Origin: Candidatus Hodarchaeum mangrovi
GTDB taxonomy: Archaea > Asgardarchaeota > Heimdallarchaeia > Hodarchaeales > Hodarchaeaceae
NCBI GenBank assembly: GCA_016839515.1
Contig: JAEOUE010000138.1
Coordinates: forward strand, 1 to 52,430
Length of the DNA: 52,430 nt
Direction: 5' to 3'
A program made the position numbers and the translations under genes. Positions 38,414-46,416 of the stretch are shown here, piece by piece; the stretch's first letter is position 1; the number at the start of each line of letters is the position of its first letter. The notes beneath the pieces were generated by a model, which saw only the letters and a list, made by a program, of their open reading frames with translations, had not been told where the DNA came from and made no database searches.

Positions 38414-39469
38414 TCAAATTTTTTTTTCGGAATCAATGGTCTGAATGAGCTGATCAACAGAAAATTTATATCCAACCCATATTTTATAAGGTTTAAAACC
38501 CAAACGTCGATTAATAGAAATCATTGGTTCATTGACCAGGGCAAAATCAGTACCTATGGTAGTTGCTTTAGGAAAATTTTCTTTAATATAAGTAAGCATT
38601 TCTGCTTTCAACCATTTCCCCAGTCCTCGACCCCGATATGCTACTTTTACTCCTGTAAGTCCTTGAAAAACAATAGTTTGACGATCAGGATAATAATATG
38701 TCTCAGTTAAGCCACTAATTGTCCCATCTCCTTCTCGTGAAATTATAGTCGTCCAAATAGTACCTAGCTTTTTATGCCGAGCTTCGTGATTTCTTCTAAC
38801 TTCAGGAGTCTCATTGACTTCCCATTCCAGATCTTCCTTAGGAACTTGGTTCATTACTTCTGTGTAAATCTGGCTAAACTCCTTAATGTCTTGTTCCGGT
38901 ACAGTTTCAAAATACTCGAGTTTTACATTTTCAGTTCGTTGTTTACCTTCAGAACACCATGTTTGTACCATTTGCCAATCAACATCAGATAATTGAAGGC
39001 GATTTTCTTCTTCTTTAGAGGCTTTTTGACCACCTAAGTGCTCAAAAAAAGAACTAGAATTGTTTGGAGTGCCCCAGCTCTGAAAAATAGATTTTCCTTC
39101 TGTTTTTGCTTTCATTACCATATTCCGTAATAATTCAGTTCCAAATCCCCTTCTTCTATAATTTTTACGAATAGAAATGTCAGCAAAAGCAATATTTTTA
39201 TTTGCATCATATGCAGGTGAAGTTTTTTTGTCAAATTCTAATCTTCCTATCCCTACTAAGTGCTTTGTTTCTTGATCATATGCTAACCAATGATAATACT
39301 GATAATGAGGACTAGGTATAAGAATAAGCTTTTGGAGCATTTCAATTGAGGGACAGGGATCATCAGGAGATAATTCTTGAAAGATTTCAATATAATGACT
39401 ATAATAATCGTCCCAAATCTTCTGTGAAGCATTCGGTGGATCAAAAAGCTCAATTGAAAGTTTTACCAT
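38414..39469 (-). CDS. Tandem-GNAT acetyltransferase
   Basis: YRRRGFGTELL and LTGV..AYRGRGLGKWLKA...N.PM..IN..LGF. Confidence 0.88.
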   Translation of the reverse strand: MVKLSIELFDPPNASQKIWDDYYSHYIEIFQELSPDDPCPSIEMLQKLILIPSPHYQYYHWLAYDQETKHLVGIGRLEFDKKTSPAYDANKNIAFADISIRKNYRRRGFGTELLRNMVMKAKTEGKSIFQSWGTPNNSSSFFEHLGGQKASKEEENRLQLSDVDWQMVQTWCSEGKQRTENVKLEYFETVPEQDIKEFSQIYTEVMNQVPKEDLEWEVNETPEVRRNHEARHKKLGTIWTTIISREGDGTISGLTETYYYPDRQTIVFQGLTGVKVAYRGRGLGKWLKAEMLTYIKENFPKATTIGTDFALVNEPMISINRRLGFKPYKIWVGYKFSVDQLIQTIDSEKKI

Positions 39470-39563
39470 AAGAAAGTCCTTCTGACTTATAATCTTGAAA
39501 GTTCTTGAAAAATAAAATTTTTTGGTTTTACTTTAGATCACATTAAGATTTTCTGAATCTTTC

Positions 39564-40070
39564 TTAAACATTCTTAATAATAAAAAATTGTCCTCTTTGG
39601 TACTTTACTACCTGATAACCTAAGTTTGCAAAAATTATAGCGAATATTAAAGATATTCCTGCAATTGGAAAAAATATAAATGTAAAAATGAGTTCAAATA
39701 AAATGAGAATTGCCGCTCTAGGAGCAGATTCATATAAATCACGAGGAGGAATAGTCAATAGATATAAGAGATAAATAAAGAATAAAATAGCATGAACAAT
39801 CCCGATAATCAACCCAGAAATGAAAACAGTACGTAATCCTTCTCTTCGATCATGACTCAAATAACTAGCTACAAATGAACTTAGTGCAGCAGGCAATGCA
39901 CATAGGAAAAATGTAAGGAAGATAATAGCTAAATTATATAGACCTGCTAGATTCCACTTCAGTATGAGTATGATGATAAACCCTAGATTAAAGATTAATG
40001 TTGTGTAGAATAAAATTATTCCAATTAATCGAATACGAATTTTTTTTGACAATGTAAGGTGACATACCAT
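39564..40070 (-). CDS. Hypothetical membrane protein (about 4 TM)
   Basis: Four long hydrophobic segments. Confidence 0.6.
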   Translation of the reverse strand: MVCHLTLSKKIRIRLIGIILFYTTLIFNLGFIIILILKWNLAGLYNLAIIFLTFFLCALPAALSSFVASYLSHDRREGLRTVFISGLIIGIVHAILFFIYLLYLLTIPPRDLYESAPRAAILILFELIFTFIFFPIAGISLIFAIIFANLGYQVVKYQRGQFFIIKNV

Positions 40071-40257
40071 TTTATAGACTATTTTTGGAATGTCAACTAT
40101 AAATACCTTCTTATCTGTATAGTAAAGTATAATACAAAGCCTAGTTGATTATTTGAGGTACGATCTTTTAATATAATCAAATTTGTCCAAAAAAAGGATT
40201 ATTCAAGGGTAATAGAAGTATCCTCTTATAATACTAAAAAGGATTCAATATTATTTT

Positions 40258-40276
40258 GGAAAAGTTTATATATACC
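40258..40276 (+). promoter_or_regulatory. BRE-TATA archaeal promoter
   Basis: ggaaaagTTTATATAtacc: purine-rich BRE directly before a consensus TATA box. Confidence 0.55.
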
Positions 40277-40338
40277 ATTAATTTTGATATTATTAACATA
40301 GTAAAAAACACATTATTTTTATATAAAGGGTAGAAAAA

Positions 40339-40458
40339 ATGATCCAAAATCAAGTTATCGAAATTAGCCCTTCAGAAAAGCAACCATTGATTTCAGGTAT
40401 TATCCCATTATTGATTGCTTTACTCACAACGAAATCTGAAGACCCTGATAAAAATTGA
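40339..40458 (+). CDS. Putative 39-aa small protein MIQNQVIEISPSEKQPLISGIIPLLIALLTTKSEDPDKN
   Basis: ATG..TGA read directly from the sequence; preceded by BRE-TATA and AGGG, followed by a T8 run; short hydrophobic core. Confidence 0.45.
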   Translation: MIQNQVIEISPSEKQPLISGIIPLLIALLTTKSEDPDKN

Positions 40459-40776
40459 AAATAATAGTGTACATTTTTTTTATAATTTTAACTATCTTAA
40501 ATTATACTTACTACTTTAGCGCACCTATTCAAACTATCGAAAGAATAAGAAATTTTTATCCGAGAACAGAAAATAGTGAACAGTTATCAGATCAGAGATG
40601 TTTTTATCTTAAATCTAGATGAAGAATTTTGTTTCTCTATTGTCTATTAGATTGTTTGAGTATTTATTCTCAAGTTCTTTTCATCTTATCATCTTTATTA
40701 CATTAATTTCAAATATTTTTAATTAAATATATGAAAGACCATCCTAGATGTTTTTTGAAAAAAAAGATAATAGGAA

Positions 40777-42084
40777 TTAAACTGGTTTCAGATAACCCCA
40801 TTTCTCTAATGCCCGTTTTAATTCAGGGCTAGAGCGAGCCTTCTCTTCTAGTGTTATGTTTTCTTTCCATGCTTCAATTGCTTGAACTGTTGCTTTACTC
40901 CCAGCATATGTACCATCTGGATGACCATGAATACCTCCACCAACCTGTAATACCATGTCAGTCGTTCCATACACGGTTAAAACTTCGGGTAACACTCCTG
41001 GATGCAATCCTCCTGATGCACAGGGCAATGTTGCTTTCATCGTTCCCCAAGATTGAGATAGGTGTCTTCCTTCATCTTCTAAGATTTCTTGATTAAGTAA
41101 TAAATCGCGCATATCAAGAACATCCTGTTTTGGGCTATCTAATTTACCTACCACGGTACCAATATGGATAGTATCCACTCCAATTAGTCTCATTAATTTT
41201 GCAAGAAAGTACATACTAATTCCATGATTAGAATGCTTTGTAAAAGTTGCATGCATAGCACGATGAGCGTGAATTGCCATATCTAAATCCCCGGCTAGAT
41301 TACGCATTGTTTGTACAGCAGAAAATCCAGTTGTTACAATATCAACCATGAAGTATTTAAAGCCATTTTCATGAATGATTTCCACTCTTTTCTCCATTTC
41401 ATGTGTTTCAGCTGTTACGTTGATCAAAGCATCTTTAATTTCTCCAGTTTCTTGTTCTGCTTTATCACGGGTTTTAGCCAGTTGCTCAACTCGATCTTTA
41501 AATTTATTAAACGATTGAGAGGTTAAATTTTCATCATCTTTAATTAAGTCCACTCCTCCAGTCCAGGCATCCCACCCTACTTTACAATGTTGTTCAACAG
41601 TCATTCCAATCTTAGGTTTAGGGACACAGGCCAATAAAGGTCCTTCTTTTTTAAATATTCGTTCAATTGCCTCAACTCCCATATTTGGACCAGGTGATCC
41701 TTTAATATATTCAATAGGTAAAGAAGTATCAATTAAGCGTAAATTCTTAACCGCTTTCATCCCAAAAATATTACCTGCAATACCTGACATGAGTTGAGGA
41801 ATATTATTAAGTTCCCATAATACCAGAGGATAGGAGATCTTAACCAAGTTGTCAGTATTCCAGAACGATCTCCCTCTCATGCTATAAATTCGATCATCAA
41901 GAGTTTCTAACGTAGTCCAAGTCCCAATTGAGGATTCAGAAGCTAATCTTCCTATTGTATCATCAATTGTAATCTCATCTGCTTTATCAAAGTAATAAAG
42001 CGCAATTAATTCATCGCTTTTTGGTTTATATCCCCGATCGATGAAATCATGATACCATTCAATTTTTTCTTTGTCATTGGTCAT
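40777..42084 (-). CDS. rbcL: Ribulose-1,5-bisphosphate carboxylase, form III (archaeal)
   Basis: ASESSIGTW, AGNIFGMK, VPKPKIG, DLIKDDE, HAHRAMH, loop-6 GTVVGKL, SGGLH, GGGIHGHP. Confidence 0.93.
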   Translation of the reverse strand: MTNDKEKIEWYHDFIDRGYKPKSDELIALYYFDKADEITIDDTIGRLASESSIGTWTTLETLDDRIYSMRGRSFWNTDNLVKISYPLVLWELNNIPQLMSGIAGNIFGMKAVKNLRLIDTSLPIEYIKGSPGPNMGVEAIERIFKKEGPLLACVPKPKIGMTVEQHCKVGWDAWTGGVDLIKDDENLTSQSFNKFKDRVEQLAKTRDKAEQETGEIKDALINVTAETHEMEKRVEIIHENGFKYFMVDIVTTGFSAVQTMRNLAGDLDMAIHAHRAMHATFTKHSNHGISMYFLAKLMRLIGVDTIHIGTVVGKLDSPKQDVLDMRDLLLNQEILEDEGRHLSQSWGTMKATLPCASGGLHPGVLPEVLTVYGTTDMVLQVGGGIHGHPDGTYAGSKATVQAIEAWKENITLEEKARSSPELKRALEKWGYLKPV

Positions 42085-42314
42085 TTCTTAATACTCCATA
42101 GACATAATCATTAACTAAAAATAATGAATGTATATTTAATTAACAATCTTAAGCAATTTTTGAATCAATTAAAACATATTTTGTTGGAAATTAGCAAATT
42201 ATTTGAGAATGAGGTATAAGAACACGACCAAAATTACAATTATAAGGGAAAAATATAATGAAATTGTCTGGTTTATCGAATATTCTTATTAAATAATTGT
42301 CGAAATGAAAATTT

Positions 42315-43373
42315 GTGAAAACGATTCATCAAATTTTTTATCAAAATGCTCAGGATATGAACCAGATCCCAGAAGAGAGCGTTGATCTGGTTATCACCTC
42401 TCCACCTTACCCAATAATTGAAATGTGGGATGATCTTTTTGGAAATTTAGATTCAAATATCAGATATGCACTCAACTCTGGAAATGGTGATCAAGCTTTT
42501 AAGTTAATGCATCAACAGCTGGATAAAGTCTGGAGAGAACTTTATAGAGTCTTAAAAAAGGGTGGTATCGTCTGTATTAATATTGGTGATGCTGTAAGGA
42601 CATTTAACAAAAAATTTTCACTTTATCCAAACCATTCCCGAATTATTCAAGTTTTTCGAGAAATTGGGTTTAATAGTCTCCCAGTGATCATCTGGACTAA
42701 ACCAACCAATGCTCCTAATAAGTTTATGGGGTCTGGTATGCTCCCTCCAACCGCCTATGTTACTTTAGAGCATGAATACCTACTAATATTTCGTAAAGGT
42801 AATAAAAGAGAATTTCTTCTTTCTACTGATAAAGAGCGGCGAAGAAGTAGTGCCTTTTTTTGGGAGGAGAGAAATGTATGGTTTAGTGATCTTTGGGATT
42901 TGAAAGGAGTTTCACAACAGATGTCCTCAGCTTTAGGAAGAGATAGAAGTGCTTCTTTTCCTTTTGATTTAGCCTATCGTTTAATCAATATGTACTCAAT
43001 TCAGGAAGATTTAATTTTAGATCCTTTCTTAGGAACAGGAACTACAAGTCTTGCAGCTATAGTATCTGGGAGAAATAGTATTGGATTTGAATTAGTTGAT
43101 GAATTAGCTCCAATAATCACAGAAAAACTCCAAAGTGCTAGAATGATGTCTAAGTCTATAATTGAGCAGCGGATAAGAAATCATAAACTCTTTATTCAAC
43201 AACAAATTGAAAATGGTAAAATAATGAAGTATATAAATGAAGTATATAATTTTCCTGTAATGACGAAGCAAGAAGACCAAATTCGATTTCAAATCGTCAA
43301 TGAAATTTTAGTCAAAGCCAAGAATACTTTTGAAGTATTCTATGAATCTTACAAGATGCTTTCAGATAATTAA
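42315..43373 (+). CDS. Orphan beta-class amino-DNA methyltransferase (m4C-type SPPY), M.MthZI/Zim-like
   Basis: TSPPY precedes DPFLGTG; family blocks KFMGSGMLPP.AYVT.EHEY.LIFRK, SAFFWEERN.WFSD, AYRLINMYS. Confidence 0.88.
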   Translation: MKTIHQIFYQNAQDMNQIPEESVDLVITSPPYPIIEMWDDLFGNLDSNIRYALNSGNGDQAFKLMHQQLDKVWRELYRVLKKGGIVCINIGDAVRTFNKKFSLYPNHSRIIQVFREIGFNSLPVIIWTKPTNAPNKFMGSGMLPPTAYVTLEHEYLLIFRKGNKREFLLSTDKERRRSSAFFWEERNVWFSDLWDLKGVSQQMSSALGRDRSASFPFDLAYRLINMYSIQEDLILDPFLGTGTTSLAAIVSGRNSIGFELVDELAPIITEKLQSARMMSKSIIEQRIRNHKLFIQQQIENGKIMKYINEVYNFPVMTKQEDQIRFQIVNEILVKAKNTFEVFYESYKMLSDN

Positions 43374-43603
43374 TTAACATCTTTCATTAATCTATCAGAT
43401 AAATTGATTTATAATTTCCTCTATGGAGAAGAATGAGTCACACGAATCTTTAAAATATCCATCAATAAGACTCAAAATTTGATTTATCAAAAAACCTCTT
43501 AGTTATCATTCTTTTGAGGCTTATATTTTAAATAAACATATAAAAATGTACTATCTTATCGAAGTTCCTTTTTTTGTAATTAAAATTAGTATTGATTATT
43601 TAA

Positions 43604-44491
43604 TTAAGCGTATTCTGGGAATAAAGGATTTGCATCCATTCTGGCAAGATTATTTATTAAAGAGACCTGTGCTTCTTTAGCCATTGAACCATAGTTCTCG
43701 TGTTTCCTTAATATTAAAGGCCATAAATCAACATCACATGCAATTGAATATGTTGTAACCCCATTTTGAGAGAGGGTAAAATTTATTGCTCTTTGAATTA
43801 ACTGTTCTTCTTCTAGGGGTTTATACCACGTTCCATAATTCTTTGGTCCCTGCCATCGTGAAAGAGTAATTGCTTTAATTGCGATTAATCCTAAATCAAG
43901 CTCTTGAACCTTTTTTAAAAGTAAGGAGTAATCGTTTTGAGGTGTGGGTTTTATCATAGCTGTAGCATAAACTGGAAATAGGACTGTACTGAAATCGTCA
44001 AATAAATCTAACGCTTTTAATAGAATTTGTACATCATTATGTCCTGTAATTCCAATATGTTTTATAAGGCCAGTTTCTTTAGACTCTATAAATGCTTCTA
44101 TGGCCCCATTTTTTTCCATTATTTGGTTCAATTCTTCAAAAGTAGAAACTGCATGGAATTGATATAGATCAAAAGATTTTACACCCAATCGGTTTAGTGA
44201 TTGCTGAAGTTCCTTTTCTGCTCCTATTTTTGTTCGATCCATAGTTTTTTCTGCAAGGAAAATCTTTGATCGGATTTTCGGCATCCAAGGTTGTAAGCGT
44301 AATTCTGCTTCTCCATATGTCGGTGCAACATCAATGAGATTGATACCAGCATCAAGCGCACCTTGAATTGCTAAATCTGCCACTTGTTGATGTGTTTCTG
44401 GATATTTTTCATGTAACCAACCTAAACCACATCCTCCTAAGGTCAAATAACTAGCATTAAATCCTGTTTTTCCGAAACGTCGAAAATGCAT
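43604..44491 (-). CDS. Aldo/keto reductase
   Basis: RRFGKTG, GINLIDVAPTYG.AE, LAEK, SL.RL...FDLYQFH, IGITGH. Confidence 0.9.
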   Translation of the reverse strand: MHFRRFGKTGFNASYLTLGGCGLGWLHEKYPETHQQVADLAIQGALDAGINLIDVAPTYGEAELRLQPWMPKIRSKIFLAEKTMDRTKIGAEKELQQSLNRLGVKSFDLYQFHAVSTFEELNQIMEKNGAIEAFIESKETGLIKHIGITGHNDVQILLKALDLFDDFSTVLFPVYATAMIKPTPQNDYSLLLKKVQELDLGLIAIKAITLSRWQGPKNYGTWYKPLEEEQLIQRAINFTLSQNGVTTYSIACDVDLWPLILRKHENYGSMAKEAQVSLINNLARMDANPLFPEYA

Positions 44492-44599
44492 TTTTTTTCC
44501 TCTAGTAATGAAACATTTACTGATTTGAATATCAGATGAAATAAAATAATTTATTCTAGTTCAAAAACCTTATTTGATGTATTATTAGTCAAAACTTGA

Positions 44600-45535
44600 G
44601 TGAGGTTAATGAGACATATTCTGCTATTCAGACCATTCTTTGTTGTATTTTTTTATTTAGCTATTGTAATGCCCTTTTTTTCGAGCTTAAATATCCAATC
44701 CGGTGTATTTATCGTGGAAGCACAAATTAACAAACAGGAAATTACTTTAACTAATCCTATCTCATTACTTTTTGAAAATAAATATCACAATCTTTCAGAG
44801 GTATATATGGAGCTTGAAAATTTTAACAACTCTGCTCCACAGTTAATAGATTATGGCAATATTGGTTCATCATATTATAATAAAAGTATCCCTTTAATTA
44901 CTCTTACTAATGAGCAAATTCCATCCTATAGTAAGGGTAAAACCTATATTGTTGCTCATCACCATGCACGTGAGCACTGTACAATCGAACATGTACTACG
45001 ATTAATTCGTGATCTGGTAAATGGTTTTGGTACTGATCCTCAAATCTCAGAACTTTTTAATAAATATATTATATATATTATTGTAACTTTAAATCCAGAT
45101 TCACTTGATATCGTAATTTATGACAATGAATGGATTCGAAAGACCGCTAAACCAATTGACGATGATGGGGATGGTTTAATTGATGAAGATGGACCTGATG
45201 ACCTAAATGAGGATGACCGGATTACAGAGTATGCAGTTAGAAGATATGATGAGGATTTTTGGACTTATTTTACTGAAGGGATAGATAATGATGGAGATGG
45301 AAAGGTAAATGAAGATTGGATTGGGGGTGTGGATCTAAACCGAAACTATCCATTTCATTGGAATGATTCTAATGCAGATTCAGGAGCAACAAGCGATAAA
45401 TCCTCCTTCACTTATCCAGGAGAGAATCCTGCCTCTGAAAAGGAAACACAAGCATTAATGGATTTTGCATCAAAACATAACTTTACTCATGCTCTTTCTT
45501 TACACTCTGGAACAAATACCTCTGTTTTTGATTAG
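44600..45535 (+). CDS. M14 zinc carboxypeptidase, N-terminal part (ends at an in-frame TAG)
   Basis: Signal/TM segment, HHARE, LNPD, RK, GVDLNRNY, YPG..PASEKET, SLHS; DxDGDG repeats. Confidence 0.85.
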   Translation: MRLMRHILLFRPFFVVFFYLAIVMPFFSSLNIQSGVFIVEAQINKQEITLTNPISLLFENKYHNLSEVYMELENFNNSAPQLIDYGNIGSSYYNKSIPLITLTNEQIPSYSKGKTYIVAHHHAREHCTIEHVLRLIRDLVNGFGTDPQISELFNKYIIYIIVTLNPDSLDIVIYDNEWIRKTAKPIDDDGDGLIDEDGPDDLNEDDRITEYAVRRYDEDFWTYFTEGIDNDGDGKVNEDWIGGVDLNRNYPFHWNDSNADSGATSDKSSFTYPGENPASEKETQALMDFASKHNFTHALSLHSGTNTSVFD

Positions 45536-45571
45536 GGATGGACATATGATATCCATCAAGCTGAAGCATCA

Positions 45572-46288
45572 ATGTATACTTCCATTCTATATGAATTTCA
45601 ATTAAGAAAACTACTTCCTGAATCTTTTTTTTTAAAAGAAAGTGAAATCTCATATACTGTTGCAGGATCATGGGATGATTGGACATATGCTACACAGCAT
45701 ACTATTCCAATGACACTTGAGATGTACCATCAAAAGGATTCGGAGGTTTACACTTATCAGGGATATAATGGAACTCACCATATTTTTGAATTTAACACCA
45801 TGTTTGAATATTTTGCTCCACCCTCGGATAAATTAGATACATTACATGCTGATATCATAAATTTTGAACTATTTTGGCTTGGATTAACCCCTTTTATTGA
45901 TTTAGATAAATATGACAATTATTTAGAGAGTAATGGGGATAGTCGGATGGTTTTACACTTATTCTCTAACTCACGGTTCTTTAATACAACTGATATTCCC
46001 CAAGTTGTGATTACTCCCTCACATACTGGGATCATAAAGGAGTATCCTACTTCCTTAACCACTCTTATGCCTAAAACTGTTACCCTTCTTCCAATCATAA
46101 TATCAAAGGATATTCCAAAAGATTGCTATTTTGATATAAACGTAACTTCAGAATGGGCGGGGGATTTTCACATGCGTTTTTTGTTAAAAGAATCCCAAGA
46201 AAAGATCTCAGGGTTTTCTACAGCTTTAAACACTGGTGCTCTAATAACTCTAGTTTTTTATGTGAAGAAAAAGGTAATTAAAGGCTAA
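45572..46288 (+). CDS. M14 carboxypeptidase C-terminal part with membrane anchor (same frame as 44600..45535)
   Basis: YTVAGSWDDW.Y...TLEM carries the M14 catalytic-Glu region; offset from 44600 is 972 nt (in frame); C-terminal SGF-hydrophobic-KKK. Confidence 0.7.
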   Translation: MYTSILYEFQLRKLLPESFFLKESEISYTVAGSWDDWTYATQHTIPMTLEMYHQKDSEVYTYQGYNGTHHIFEFNTMFEYFAPPSDKLDTLHADIINFELFWLGLTPFIDLDKYDNYLESNGDSRMVLHLFSNSRFFNTTDIPQVVITPSHTGIIKEYPTSLTTLMPKTVTLLPIIISKDIPKDCYFDINVTSEWAGDFHMRFLLKESQEKISGFSTALNTGALITLVFYVKKKVIKG

Positions 46289-46354
46289 GTCTAAATCAAA
46301 TAATCGTTATCGTTATTAGAACCATAATAGATTTGTAGAATTTATAGTATTATT

Positions 46355-46395
46355 TTAATAAAAGAAAAAGGGGAAAAGAAAGGAATTATCCTTTC
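46355..46395 (-). terminator. Hairpin plus U-rich terminator for the surface-protein gene
   Basis: Inverted repeat GAAAGGA-atta-TCCTTTC (46378-46395), followed on the minus strand by ttttcccctttttctttt. Confidence 0.55.
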
Positions 46396-46416
46396 ATGAA
46401 AATCTGATAATCTGTT

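Noticed and set aside
40777-42084. RuBisCO-like protein (form IV) or a Calvin cycle
   Set aside because: Catalytic residues are complete, which argues against form IV; no rbcS or PRK is present to support a Calvin cycle.
45533-45535. Genome-wide TAG recoding
   Set aside because: TAG ends genes at their expected C-termini elsewhere (malQ at 32358, RNase D-like at 7451, DUF47 at 9984).
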